Shown in pieces: positions 9,786 through 19,590 of a stretch of DNA of 64,000 nt; within the stretch, counting starts at the first letter, position 1; the number at the start of each line of letters is the position of its first letter. The translations under genes were made by a program, and so were the position numbers. The DNA comes from an uncultured virus (IMG/VR IMGVR_UViG_3300018023_000193) (lineage: Duplodnaviria > Heunggongvirae > Uroviricota > Caudoviricetes): IMG/VR virus record IMGVR_UViG_3300018023_000193; one strand, written 5' to 3'. Below the pieces are notes generated by a model. It saw only the letters and a program-made list of their open reading frames with translations. It was not told the origin of the DNA and made no database searches.

Positions 9786-10378
9786 ATATAATGTGATTGA
9801 GACATTTTTTGTTTGGTTTCTTTTGAATGTTTAAATCCTAAATGACTTTTATTCCCCATAGCGGCCAAAGACATATTCTTTCTACTTTCTTGAGAATGTT
9901 TTCGTCCAACATTTCTTTTATTTCCAATTAAAGATTTTGAAATTTTTTTTCTTGTTTCTTTAGAACATTTTATTCCTTTATTCCAAGCCATTTGTAATCC
10001 TTTCTTTCCTTTATTCCAGGGAATTTTACCTTTATGTATTTCTGACATTTTTTGTTTTGTTTTTTCGGATATATGTCCCGAACCATCTCCACCAGGAGTC
10101 ATATTATATCCGTTATGATAAGTATCATACTTCGCAATCATTTCAATTTCTAATTTCTTGGCTTCTTGTAGGGTCAGAATATTATTAATTAGGACTTTAT
10201 GAAGCCATTGATTTTCATTGGGGTATTTTAGGATTGCTTTATGAAATTTTCTTAATCCCCGCTTTGAATCATTTAGATGTATTTTCCATCTTTCTTCAAT
10301 TGTTTTATACGTATATCCGATATAAGATTTTCCTGAAGGACTTGTATGTTTGTAAATGAGATAAATATTTTTAGACAT
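9749..10378 (-). CDS. free-standing GIY-YIG homing endonuclease with NUMOD3 repeats
   Basis: IYKHTSPSGKSYIG, R/E/N catalytic pattern (ERW, LEIEMI, GYNMT), HS.ETK.KMS repeats; start at ATG 10378. Confidence 0.92.
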   Translation of the reverse strand: MSKNIYLIYKHTSPSGKSYIGYTYKTIEERWKIHLNDSKRGLRKFHKAILKYPNENQWLHKVLINNILTLQEAKKLEIEMIAKYDTYHNGYNMTPGGDGSGHISEKTKQKMSEIHKGKIPWNKGKKGLQMAWNKGIKCSKETRKKISKSLIGNKRNVGRKHSQESRKNMSLAAMGNKSHLGFKHSKETKQKMSQSHYIYLSRRPETVSK

Positions 10379-10446
10379 ATGCGATAGAACCTTTCTATTG
10401 CTTTGTTTAGGGACCATGTGGTGCTAATGACACTACTTGGTCCTAT

Positions 10447-10482
10447 TACTATTTATTGAATATTGAGAATTGATAAATAGTA
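10447..10482. promoter_or_regulatory. divergent pair of late promoters (ATAAATAGTA inverted repeat)
   Basis: TACTATTTAT 10447-10456 / ATAAATAGTA 10473-10482 between divergent genes. Confidence 0.55.
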
Positions 10483-10510
10483 GTGTAATCATAGAAGTAG
10501 GAGAACTCTC

Positions 10511-11572
10511 ATGAAATTGGCACGAGATACAAATTTCGGGGATAGATTGGCAAATGAACATGTAATGGAGAACATTCATACCGCTCCATCTTATTCATTT
10601 TCCCATTATTGCGAAATGAAGGAAAAAGAAAAACAGCACAAATATTTTCAAGATGAATTTAATTTATCTGAAGATCGGGAAGTGGTTTTCGGAACTCATA
10701 ATGGTTGTGATTATTGCGAAGGAACAGGTTGGTGCCCCGTATCTAAAGCTTGTATGGTTGAACCACTGCATTCACTTTGGGTACAAGCTGAAGTAGATAC
10801 TCCTTCTGAAGATGGATACCATCTGGTTCAATGCCCAGTGTGTTGTCCATACAATGATGGAAGTAAAGATGTAAAAGATTCTCTTGATGAACATATTGTT
10901 AAAAAAGGTTCTTCATTTGAATTAAAATCCAAAAAATCTGGAAAAAATCTTGGTACTTATCATTCTAAAGCTGGAGCCAAAAAGAGAGAGGCGCAGGTTG
11001 AATACTTTAAACACCTCAAAGAAGATGGTGGTGGGAATCCTTGGAAAACACATTGGGAACAAGCAATCCTTCCTGGTGCGCCTGATCGTGAAGGTGAAAC
11101 TGATAAAGAAAAAAGGATTGAAGAAGCAAACCAACCATCTGATTATAACCGACAACAATCATCAGAAACAAAAGACCAAAAATCTCAAGAACAAAAAGCT
11201 TCTGGTCAAAAACAAAATGATAATCGGTTACAATATGAAAAGAAGAAAAAAGCTGCCGATAAAAAGAAAGCGGAAGAAAAAGAAAGAGAAACTAAAAAGC
11301 TTCTTCCTTATGAATTTACAAACCAAAAAGATGCTGAAAGAGCCGCTGGACATTTAGGCCTTAATGGATCTCATACGACTGGTAATGGAATTTATAAACC
11401 AGGTTCTTCAGATATGTCATTACGTGATGCTGTAGCTCGTAAAAAAGCCAAACAACATATGCGAAGTGGATATCATGAAGAAAATAATAATAACCCTCCA
11501 CCTGCATATCCTTTAGATAAATTAGGTCTTCATGAAACTGTCCAATTAATTAAGGAATGTGTAAGACATTAA
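10511..11572 (+). CDS. probable virion (head-internal) protein with N-terminal Cys cluster
   Basis: CxxC..CPVC zinc-ribbon-like region; E.I.K.G....SKK.GKNLGTY.S..GA.KRE..V.YFK module; many (I/L)xE sites. Confidence 0.6.
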   Translation: MKLARDTNFGDRLANEHVMENIHTAPSYSFSHYCEMKEKEKQHKYFQDEFNLSEDREVVFGTHNGCDYCEGTGWCPVSKACMVEPLHSLWVQAEVDTPSEDGYHLVQCPVCCPYNDGSKDVKDSLDEHIVKKGSSFELKSKKSGKNLGTYHSKAGAKKREAQVEYFKHLKEDGGGNPWKTHWEQAILPGAPDREGETDKEKRIEEANQPSDYNRQQSSETKDQKSQEQKASGQKQNDNRLQYEKKKKAADKKKAEEKERETKKLLPYEFTNQKDAERAAGHLGLNGSHTTGNGIYKPGSSDMSLRDAVARKKAKQHMRSGYHEENNNNPPPAYPLDKLGLHETVQLIKECVRH

Positions 11573-12061
11573 ATGAAAACTTTATCAAGGATTCGGGAAA
11601 TAATCCTTGAATCTAAAGACCTTATTATTCCGCGTGGGCATTTAAATATTCCACGATTTCAAATGCCCCAAATCAAGAAAGAAAATTATCCAGAATTTTT
11701 TCGTCTATTAGATCTTCGCAATATTTCTATTCAAAGAGTAAAAGTTCCCGCAAATCAACTTCTTGCCGCCCAAAATGAAATTAACCATGATAAAGTAAAA
11801 GAATGGATGGTTTCTATGCCTATTGAAGCCCGTGAAAAACCTCTATTAGTTTCATCTGATTTATATGTATTGGATGGAAATCATACTTGGTTAGCTATTT
11901 TAAATCGTGATGAAAATGCTTCAATTGATTCTTGGATTTTAGGATTAGAAATGGAAGATTTATTAAAGGAAATTAAATTATTTGATAAAATCACTTATAA
12001 AACAATTGATGAACATTGTGGAATCATAAATACTTTAAAGGGGAAGATGTTATGTATGTAA
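11573..12061 (+). CDS. ParB/Srx-like nuclease-domain protein
   Basis: PR.QMPQI, L.A.Q.EI..KV, PLLVS.D.YVLDGNH.W. Confidence 0.75.
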   Translation: MKTLSRIREIILESKDLIIPRGHLNIPRFQMPQIKKENYPEFFRLLDLRNISIQRVKVPANQLLAAQNEINHDKVKEWMVSMPIEAREKPLLVSSDLYVLDGNHTWLAILNRDENASIDSWILGLEMEDLLKEIKLFDKITYKTIDEHCGIINTLKGKMLCM

Positions 12062-12633
12062 CAGATATTACTGGTAATTATGATGATTTTTCATTATCAG
12101 AATCATTAGTTAAAAAAGTTCAAAATATTTTAGAAGGAAAAAATCCTTTAAATGAAGTTTCACCTCCTAATCCAAAAATTGAAAAATGGATTAAAGCTAA
12201 TAAAGGAAGATTTGAAAAGGAATATGGGGCTGAAAAGGGAAAAGAAGTCCTTTATGCTAAAGCCTGGACAATGCATAATGAGGAATTAGAAAAAGAGAAA
12301 AAAATCCAAGAATCTATCATGAATGAAGTTTCTCCCCCCGATCCTAAAATAGAACATTGGATTAAGTCTAATAAAGGAAGATTTGAAAAGGAATATGGAG
12401 CCGAAAAAGGAAAAGAAGTTCTCTATAGTAAGGCTTGGAAAATGCATAATGAAGCTTTAGAGGAAGAATTGGAAGAAGAAAAAAAGACTTTAAAAGATTT
12501 TAATGAATTTGATCCTAATGATAGAGAAAAAGAAAAAGAAGAAAAAGGTGGTAAAAAAAGAGAAAAAATCACCTTTAATCCGGTTGTTGAACCTGAAAAA
12601 ATAGCTGAGCCGGATAAAATTACAAAAATTTAA
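12052..12633 (+). CDS. probable virion protein with two tandem ~44-aa modules
   Basis: CATAAATA and SD before ATG 12052; duplicated NEVSPP..KIE.WIK.NK.RFEKEYG..KGKEVLY.KAW.MHNE. Confidence 0.7.
   Translation: MYVTDITGNYDDFSLSESLVKKVQNILEGKNPLNEVSPPNPKIEKWIKANKGRFEKEYGAEKGKEVLYAKAWTMHNEELEKEKKIQESIMNEVSPPDPKIEHWIKSNKGRFEKEYGAEKGKEVLYSKAWKMHNEALEEELEEEKKTLKDFNEFDPNDREKEKEEKGGKKREKITFNPVVEPEKIAEPDKITKI
12151..12451 (+). repeat. imperfect intragenic direct repeat, period 171 nt, 2 copies
   Basis: Copies start at 12151 and 12322 with mostly synonymous differences. Confidence 0.9.
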
Positions 12634-12644
12634 GGAGAATTAGA

Positions 12645-14177
12645 ATGTCACTTTGGACAAAAACTAGCGCACCAAAATTTGCGCCACATGCAGTTCCAGG
12701 GATTGATGGTTGGGTACATCCCGTAACAAATGAAATATTAGAAACATTTGGATCATCAAATAAACCTTCACCAATAGCATCACCTGTTATAGAATCCTGT
12801 GTTCTTTATAGAGCATTTATTGCGGCTTCTGGTGATGTATTACCAGATTTACGAACAAGTTTTCATACAGGAGATTATTTAACTTTTGCAGTAAGATTTG
12901 ATGCACAAGTAACAGTAGTTCCGGATGTTGGTTCACCATATCTTGAAGTAACAATTAATGGTGTTGTAAGAAATGCTGTATATGTTCAAACGAGTTTTGG
13001 ACTTAATACTGCTACATTATTATTTGTATATCAATTACAATCTTCCGATGCAGCTACACCAGGAAATATTAGTGTAGATAGTCAAATACATTTAAGTGGT
13101 CATATTTATAAGCTTGGGACAACAACTCCAGTTACAATAACTGGAATTCCAAGAACACTTTTATTATCATTATCGGGTGTTCAAGGACATTTTGCTGTAA
13201 ATAATGCTATGTCATGTGGTATTGGTTCTGCACAAGGATATGTTGTAGGTTATACACCATCTTCTTCAACTTCAGGTACACTTATTGTAGTTGAAACGGC
13301 AGGAACATTTTCAACTAGTGGAACTGCTGGTATTCACGATATTACAACAAGTGCTAGTGGTATATTAAATGCAACAAATACACAATTATCTGATATCACA
13401 ATTTCATCAACAGTTCCAGGTAATTGTTCAGTGGCATTTGGGGCCTCTGCATATGATTTAGGTGCTCAAGTTGTTCTTACAGCCACATTTGATCGTCCAA
13501 TTACAGTAACAGGCACTCCTAATATTGTAATTAATGTTAATGGTTCTGCTCGGACTGCTGGTTATGCTTCTGGTTCTACAACCGATGCATTAGTATTTAA
13601 TTATACTGTTGTATCTGGTGACCATGGATCTCCAGGAACAGTTTCATTAGTATCTCCAATTAATTTAAATGGTGGAACATTATTGGATGCTAGTAGTTTA
13701 GCACCTTCATTAACATTTACACAACCGGCAGGTATCGCTTCTCAAATTATTGATGGTTCTGTACCAACATTTGCAATAACACTTGAAGATGGTATCCATT
13801 TTACAAATGGTGGAACATCTGGAACAGCCGGTATGGCTGCGGCTTCAGTTATTGCCACATTTAATAAACCAGTTACATTAATACTTGGTAGTGCAGGAAC
13901 CACAGGTATTGAATTACAATTCCATTCTTCAAGTGGAACCGGTGCTGAAACCATACAAACTAGATTTGCAAGTGCTGGAACATCTGGTATCAGTAATACA
14001 ACCATATTAACATTCAATTATACAATTACTGGTAGTGATAAAGCAACGGCTGGTGGAGTTGATGTTGTTTCACCAGTATTGTTACATGGTGGAGCATCAA
14101 TTCTTGATGATGCTGGAAATGCTCCAACTTCATTAATATTTACTCCTCCTGCAACTACTAATGATTACGTAAATTAA
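12645..14177 (+). CDS. virion structural protein with repeated beta-sandwich/Ig-like modules
   Basis: MSLW start; Thr/Ser/Gly-rich; three F...V.V.G.P...ING..R.A.Y..G...L.F.Y-like modules. Confidence 0.7.
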   Translation: MSLWTKTSAPKFAPHAVPGIDGWVHPVTNEILETFGSSNKPSPIASPVIESCVLYRAFIAASGDVLPDLRTSFHTGDYLTFAVRFDAQVTVVPDVGSPYLEVTINGVVRNAVYVQTSFGLNTATLLFVYQLQSSDAATPGNISVDSQIHLSGHIYKLGTTTPVTITGIPRTLLLSLSGVQGHFAVNNAMSCGIGSAQGYVVGYTPSSSTSGTLIVVETAGTFSTSGTAGIHDITTSASGILNATNTQLSDITISSTVPGNCSVAFGASAYDLGAQVVLTATFDRPITVTGTPNIVINVNGSARTAGYASGSTTDALVFNYTVVSGDHGSPGTVSLVSPINLNGGTLLDASSLAPSLTFTQPAGIASQIIDGSVPTFAITLEDGIHFTNGGTSGTAGMAAASVIATFNKPVTLILGSAGTTGIELQFHSSSGTGAETIQTRFASAGTSGISNTTILTFNYTITGSDKATAGGVDVVSPVLLHGGASILDDAGNAPTSLIFTPPATTNDYVN

Positions 14178-14186
14178 GGGTGAAAT

Positions 14187-14705
14187 ATGAATTTAAATAA
14201 AAAATTCCAATCTTTTTTAAAAGAAGATAATACAAATCCTTCAATCCCGTCACCTGGCAATGTGGTGACGGGATTGAATACTTCTGAACAAGAAGCTTTA
14301 TTACGGCATATTAATAGTGTATTGGTTGGCATTGCTGAAGCACCATCAATTAATCCATATTATCAATTAGATCGGGTAAGAGAACGTTTGAAATTGGCAT
14401 TAGGATTAACATTTGACGATGTTTGGTTTTTAAAAGAAGTTGGGTCATTTGAAAAAGTATTAGTTCCTCATAATAATTTAAATGCTGCTACTCCTGCATT
14501 TAGAACCACTAATGATCAAACAACAAGTCCAGGAGTTCATACACATGCGCCTGCTCCCGGTGGAGATGTAATTGATAATGGGTATTTAAATAAATTTCCT
14601 CATGGGTTGGTACTTAAAGTCCAATATTTAAAAAGTAAAACATTATGGTATATAAATGTTGAAATTGTTCCGGCCCCCGATCTTCCTAAAGGAACAATTG
14701 CTTAA
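14187..14705 (+). CDS. hypothetical protein, probable capsid-targeted
   Basis: N-terminal KKFQSFLKE resembles the T4 internal-protein targeting peptide. Confidence 0.6.
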   Translation: MNLNKKFQSFLKEDNTNPSIPSPGNVVTGLNTSEQEALLRHINSVLVGIAEAPSINPYYQLDRVRERLKLALGLTFDDVWFLKEVGSFEKVLVPHNNLNAATPAFRTTNDQTTSPGVHTHAPAPGGDVIDNGYLNKFPHGLVLKVQYLKSKTLWYINVEIVPAPDLPKGTIA

Positions 14706-14723
14706 TGTACTAAATAATTATGA

Positions 14724-15140
14724 ATGATTGATAAAGAGAATTTAACTAATAATAACTTTCTTGAATATGCCATGTCTTCATATATCCATTTTTGTTGGCG
14801 TGGCATATCAGAATTTTATTATGATTTATTAAAAATCAAATATTTGAAACGCCTGTTTCGAAAATATAACGAAATTGGGGAAATTGATGATGCAAGGCTT
14901 AGATTGGCATTAAATCATTTGATTGTTTTTTATAATTTGTTTCCCATTCAAGTGGCCACAAGAATTTTATTTTTTAAATTAGAACCTGCTCTTTATCCTA
15001 TACTAAAAACTTTTTTAATTTTCTTAAATTATCAACCTGCAATAGTTCATGGAATTAATGGGAAAGATATTGTATCCAAAAAAATTATTATTCATGATGA
15101 TATCTTAGAAAGATTAAAAACTTTGGGGAAATTATGTTAG
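14724..15140 (+). CDS. conserved T4-like hypothetical protein
   Basis: LT..NF..YAM, EF..DL..IKYLKRL, RL.LNHLIV.YN.F, LKTFL.FLNY. Confidence 0.8.
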   Translation: MIDKENLTNNNFLEYAMSSYIHFCWRGISEFYYDLLKIKYLKRLFRKYNEIGEIDDARLRLALNHLIVFYNLFPIQVATRILFFKLEPALYPILKTFLIFLNYQPAIVHGINGKDIVSKKIIIHDDILERLKTLGKLC

Positions 15141-15685
15141 AATATTATTTGATGCTCCAAATGATTAATTTACTTGTTAAACCCTGGACAGAAATGCCAG
15201 CGTATAAGCTTGGTATAATTGATGCTCGTGGAAAAGTATTAAAGAAAACTCATCAATTAAAAACCGCTACTGAAAAAGTTGCATACGGAACATTTCAAAA
15301 ATTTTGTTTTAATTTACGACGTTTTATAGAATCTCTTCCTGGTGGGAAAACAAAATTAGCCAAATATTTAACAATTTATGCTTTATTCAAAGAATCTGAA
15401 GATACGATGGATTCAATGTTTATAGAAGAATTTGGTAATATGAATATTAATGAAGCTTTTGAGGAAGATTTATTAATATCTAAAACAATTTTATATAAAG
15501 GAATATATCGATTAATAAATGATATGTTGGATAATAAAGGTAAGATAGTTAAAAAAGGAAATTTTATAACTGTACCAATAGATCAAAAACCACAAATGGT
15601 TTTATTTAATAAACCAATTTTTGAAGTAGAATATAAAAATCAAAAATTGTTAGTATCAACAGATGATATTTCGGATGATGTATGA
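15134..15685 (+). CDS. conserved T4-like hypothetical protein
   Basis: PW....AYKLGIID..G..LKK, F.LRR.I...PGG motif. Confidence 0.75.
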   Translation: MLEYYLMLQMINLLVKPWTEMPAYKLGIIDARGKVLKKTHQLKTATEKVAYGTFQKFCFNLRRFIESLPGGKTKLAKYLTIYALFKESEDTMDSMFIEEFGNMNINEAFEEDLLISKTILYKGIYRLINDMLDNKGKIVKKGNFITVPIDQKPQMVLFNKPIFEVEYKNQKLLVSTDDISDDV

Positions 15686-15891
15686 AAAAATTTAAACAAC
15701 TCAAAGAAGATATAGGACTTTCAACTGGGGCTGGAATGGCTATGTATGATCCAATGTTAGGTGGAACAAGACGCCAAGTAAAACCATGGAATGTTTATAA
15801 ATCTTTAGGTGTTTGTGAAGAATGTATGCTTCCTATGCGTTTAAAGGAAGGTGAAATGACTTGCCCTGGATGTAATAAAATTTTAAAATAA
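15682..15891 (+). CDS. small protein with C-terminal zinc ribbon
   Basis: MKKFKQLKED start; CxxC-x12-CxxC. Confidence 0.6.
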   Translation: MKKFKQLKEDIGLSTGAGMAMYDPMLGGTRRQVKPWNVYKSLGVCEECMLPMRLKEGEMTCPGCNKILK

Positions 15892-15894
15892 TAC

Positions 15895-15923
15895 TTGACA
15901 TTCCATACAACATTTGATATAAT
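15895..15923 (+). promoter_or_regulatory. sigma70-type promoter
   Basis: Consensus TTGACA-17-TATAAT with TGn. Confidence 0.85.
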
Positions 15924-15934
15924 AGAAAGAATAA

Positions 15935-16074
15935 GGGCAGTTTTAAAAAACAAGAGCTACGCTGCCTGCGTAGATTTCTGGTGAAATCAGACTCGGTCGT
16001 CAAGTTAAGCATTCTTTGGACCGTGTTGTTCGTATGGCTTTTATGCGGTTGATTTCTTAATTTTTGAACTGCCC
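15935..16074 (+). ncRNA. candidate structured RNA / primase 5' leader
   Basis: Closing stem GGGCAGTT/AACTGCCC enclosing four hairpins; GC-rich non-coding island right after a promoter. Confidence 0.6.
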
Positions 16075-16086
16075 CGCGAATTCTAA

Positions 16087-17097
16087 ATGTCTCTTTATAT
16101 TGACCATAAATACGTTGCATTTATTTCTCCTCAATTAGAACGATTCAAACGTAAAAATCAAAAAACCTATAATTTTCGTTGTCCTATTTGTGGTGATTCA
16201 GCTAAAAGTAAAATTAAAGCCCGTGGTTACTTTTATGTAAAAAATAATGATATATTTTTTTGTTGCCATAATTGTCATAAAAATTGGACATTAGGTCACT
16301 TCTTAAAAGAAATTGACCAAAATTTGTATGAACAATATACATTTGAAAAGTATAAGGATGTAAAAAAAGACCATGAAGATTTTTCAGAATTTAAAACCAC
16401 TACAGAATTTCATCAAATACCACATGACGAATCTGATTCTATTCTGGATAGTTACGATTGTATTGATAAGTTACCTTCCAATCATTTTGCTAAAGAATAT
16501 CTCATTAAAAGGAAAATACCAGAATTTTTTTGGCGAAGCATATTCTTTATTCCAAATTTTAAGCAATTAGTAAACAAAATAGAACCAGAAAATGAATATG
16601 GATTAAAAGAACAAGATCCAAGACTTGTTATTCCATTTTATAATAAAGAAAATAAACTTATTGCTTTCCAAGGTCGCTCATTTAATAAAACTGGAATGCG
16701 ATATATAACTATTAAAGTTGATAAAGAAGCTCCAAAAATTTATGGATTAGATAGGGTGAATTTAGATAAATGTGTTTACGTTGTTGAAGGACCTTTTGAT
16801 TCTATGTTCCTTTCAAATGCAATAGCAACCGCAGGATCTAATTTGGCATCCAAAGAATTGGAATTTAAAGATAGTGTTTTTATTTTTGATAATGAAAAGA
16901 GATCAAAGGAAATAGTTAAACAAATGGAAAAAGTTATTAATGAAGGCAGAAAAATTTGTATCTGGCCAGATACAATTCAAGAAAAAGATATTAACAATAT
17001 GGTATTAGCTGGTAGGAATCCAGAACAAATTATAGAAAATAATACCTATCAGGGATTAAATGCGAATATTACATTAGCAGATTGGAAACGATGTTGA
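16087..17097 (+). CDS. gp61: DNA primase gp61
   Basis: RCPICGDS, CHNC zinc finger, RLVIPF, FQGR, VEGPFDS, FDNE, KDIN TOPRIM motifs. Confidence 0.96.
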   Translation: MSLYIDHKYVAFISPQLERFKRKNQKTYNFRCPICGDSAKSKIKARGYFYVKNNDIFFCCHNCHKNWTLGHFLKEIDQNLYEQYTFEKYKDVKKDHEDFSEFKTTTEFHQIPHDESDSILDSYDCIDKLPSNHFAKEYLIKRKIPEFFWRSIFFIPNFKQLVNKIEPENEYGLKEQDPRLVIPFYNKENKLIAFQGRSFNKTGMRYITIKVDKEAPKIYGLDRVNLDKCVYVVEGPFDSMFLSNAIATAGSNLASKELEFKDSVFIFDNEKRSKEIVKQMEKVINEGRKICIWPDTIQEKDINNMVLAGRNPEQIIENNTYQGLNANITLADWKRC

Positions 17098-17230
17098 AAC
17101 CCAAAATTTTCAAAAGAGAAAATCGATGGAATCTCCTAATATCTGGGAGTCTTCATATTTTTTGGAGTTGGACAGAAGCAATAGATTTTTTAATAACAAG
17201 AAAAATTAGAAATTTAGAATAGAAGGAATA

Positions 17231-18958
17231 ATGCAGAATTATCTACCTACAGATTACCAGGAATATATTCATCTTTCAAGATATGCCCGTTGGCGCGATG
17301 ATTTACAAAGGAGAGAAAATTGGTTAGAAACAGTAGAACGATATTTTGATTTTTTTGGAAAGAGATTAGAAGATAAATTTGTAGATAGCAGCCGAGAAAA
17401 TGAACAAAGCCCTTTTGAAATCCAATTCCAAGAGGCCCATAAGGCCGTATTGAACCTTGAAGTGATGCCGTCCATGCGGGCCCTAATGACCGCAGGTGAA
17501 GCATTAGAAAAAGATAACAGCGCAGGATATAATTGTGCTTTTATAGGTATAGATCATCCACATACATTTGATGAAATGATGTTCATTTTAATGTGCGGAA
17601 CCGGTTGTGGGCTTTCAGTAGAAAAACAATATGTAAGTCAACTGCCCACAATAGCACCTAAAATGTATCCGACAAATACAACTATTGTGGTTGATGATTC
17701 TAAAATTGGATGGGCAACTGCTTATCGTGAATTGCTTGCTTTATTATGGACGGGTAAAGTTCCTAAATGGGATACAAGTCTTTTACGACCTATGGGCGCG
17801 CGCCTCAAAACATTTGGAGGTAGAGCAAGTGGACCTGGGCCATTAGAAGAACTTTTCCGATTTACTGTGGCCACATTTAAGAATGCTGCTGGTAGAAAAT
17901 TAACTACTCTTGAATGTCACGATATTGTATGTAAAATTGCCGAAATTGTTGTGAGTGGCGGTGTTCGTAGATCTGCATTAATTTCATTATCAGATTTAGA
18001 AGATATGCGTATGCGCGATTGTAAATCAGGTGATTGGTGGAAAACAAATCCACATAGACGCTTGGCAAATAATAGCGCAATTTATACAGAAAAACCTCCA
18101 ATGGGAGTGTTTATGGAGGAATGGTCCTCATTATTCAAAAGTAATTCTGGTGAGCGCGGTATTTTAAATAGAGCGGCTTTAACAAAACATGCTGGTAAAA
18201 ATGGAAGAAGAAAAGTTTTAAATGATGATAAAACACCTATTTTATTTAGCACGAATCCGTGTGGTGAAATTATTCTCCGTAATAAACAGTTTTGTAATTT
18301 ATCGGAGGTTGTTATCCGATCTAATGACACGGTAGAATCCATTAAACAAAAAATAAAATATGCCACAATATTAGGAACTTTACAATCTACACTTACAAAG
18401 TTCCGTTATTTGTCAGATAAATGGAAAGAGAATACAGAAGAAGAAAGATTACTTGGTGTTTCTCTTACTGGTATTTTAGATAATGCTATTCTTTCTGGAC
18501 AAAATAAAGATTATAAGTTAAGTGAAGTATTACAGGAATTTCGACAAGTGGCTGTTGATACTAATAAAATATGGGCTGAATTTTTAGGTATTAATCAATC
18601 AGTAGCGGTCACGTGTGTTAAACCTTCTGGATGTACTACATTAGATACAATTATTAAAACTAAATATGGTGAATTATCTTTATTAGAAATTTTTATGAAA
18701 AATGGTTATTCATTATCATATATAAAAACTTGTCAAGAAAAATGGATTATACCAAAAGTAAAAATAAATGTATTTGATGATAATAATAATGAACAAGAAA
18801 TAACTAAATTATATATTAATGGTATTGATGATTTATATGAAATTGAATGTATAGATGGTAAAAAATATAAATTTACTCCAAACCATAAATTATTAACTAA
18901 AACTGGTTGGAAAAGAGTAGATGAATTAACTGTGGATGATGAATTGATAGAATTATGA
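17231..18958 (+). CDS. nrdJ: class II (B12-dependent) ribonucleotide reductase, N-terminal fragment (467 aa) fused to N-half of a split intein
   Basis: SRYARW, PSMRAL, YNCAF, GGVRRSA, TNPCGEI, FCNLSE, TCVKPSG followed by intein block A CTTLDT. Confidence 0.95.
   Translation: MQNYLPTDYQEYIHLSRYARWRDDLQRRENWLETVERYFDFFGKRLEDKFVDSSRENEQSPFEIQFQEAHKAVLNLEVMPSMRALMTAGEALEKDNSAGYNCAFIGIDHPHTFDEMMFILMCGTGCGLSVEKQYVSQLPTIAPKMYPTNTTIVVDDSKIGWATAYRELLALLWTGKVPKWDTSLLRPMGARLKTFGGRASGPGPLEELFRFTVATFKNAAGRKLTTLECHDIVCKIAEIVVSGGVRRSALISLSDLEDMRMRDCKSGDWWKTNPHRRLANNSAIYTEKPPMGVFMEEWSSLFKSNSGERGILNRAALTKHAGKNGRRKVLNDDKTPILFSTNPCGEIILRNKQFCNLSEVVIRSNDTVESIKQKIKYATILGTLQSTLTKFRYLSDKWKENTEEERLLGVSLTGILDNAILSGQNKDYKLSEVLQEFRQVAVDTNKIWAEFLGINQSVAVTCVKPSGCTTLDTIIKTKYGELSLLEIFMKNGYSLSYIKTCQEKWIIPKVKINVFDDNNNEQEITKLYINGIDDLYEIECIDGKKYKFTPNHKLLTKTGWKRVDELTVDDELIEL
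18632..18955 (+). mobile_element. split intein N-fragment (108 aa)
   Basis: Cys1 (CTTLDTII), block B FTPNHKLLT, GWKRVDEL..DDEL then stop. Confidence 0.92.
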
Positions 18959-19590
18959 CCGCAAGAAAAATATATGAAAATTATTATAATATAATTCTTC
19001 CGAATAAAATGGAAGTTCATCATATTAAACCATCGTTTGATGGTGGCACCAATGATATTGAAAATTTGGTAGCATTTACTAAAGAAGAACATAAATTGGA
19101 ACACCTATTTCGTTATATACGATATGGAAATTTTAAAGATTTATGTTCTTTTTATATGATAGGTTATAATTTTACTGAAGCACATAAAATATCATCTGGT
19201 GAAGGTGGTAAAATAGGTGGTGCCAAAGTTAAAAAATTAAAAATTGGAATATGTACCACAAATAAAAATAAAAGAAAATTATGGGCATCAATGGGTGGTA
19301 AAGTTGGTGGTAAAATTCAATCTGAATTGGGTTTAGGATTTCATAAATATTATCATTTTGATAAAGAAAAACATTTAGAAATATGTTCAATGGGAGGAAA
19401 GTCTTCACCAGTATTTAAAGATTCTAAAAATCAAAGTAAATTTGGAAAAATTGGTGGTCCAAAAAATAAAGGATTTAAATGGTATAGTAATGGAATTAAT
19501 AATTTTAAATACACTAAAAAAGAACAAGAATCATTATCATTTGATAAATTTTTAAAATTAAATCCTCAATTTAGAAAAGGTAGAAAATGA
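18955..19590 (+). CDS. free-standing HNH homing endonuclease between the intein halves
   Basis: EVHHIKP..DGGTN..ENL.....EH...H; Gly-rich S.GGK.GG repeats; ATGA overlaps on both sides. Confidence 0.88.
   Translation: MTARKIYENYYNIILPNKMEVHHIKPSFDGGTNDIENLVAFTKEEHKLEHLFRYIRYGNFKDLCSFYMIGYNFTEAHKISSGEGGKIGGAKVKKLKIGICTTNKNKRKLWASMGGKVGGKIQSELGLGFHKYYHFDKEKHLEICSMGGKSSPVFKDSKNQSKFGKIGGPKNKGFKWYSNGINNFKYTKKEQESLSFDKFLKLNPQFRKGRK

Noticed and set aside
15833..16120. Minus-strand 95-aa ORF upstream of primase
   Set aside because: Antisense to a consensus promoter, structured leader and gp61 start; no motif
17135..17170. Possible NrdR boxes upstream of nrdJ
   Set aside because: Only a partial match (CCTAATATCTGG) and no correctly spaced second box in AT-rich sequence
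18955..19590. HNH gene as part of a group I intron in nrdJ
   Set aside because: No non-coding flanks for a ribozyme core; ORFs overlap directly and the flanks are intein halves
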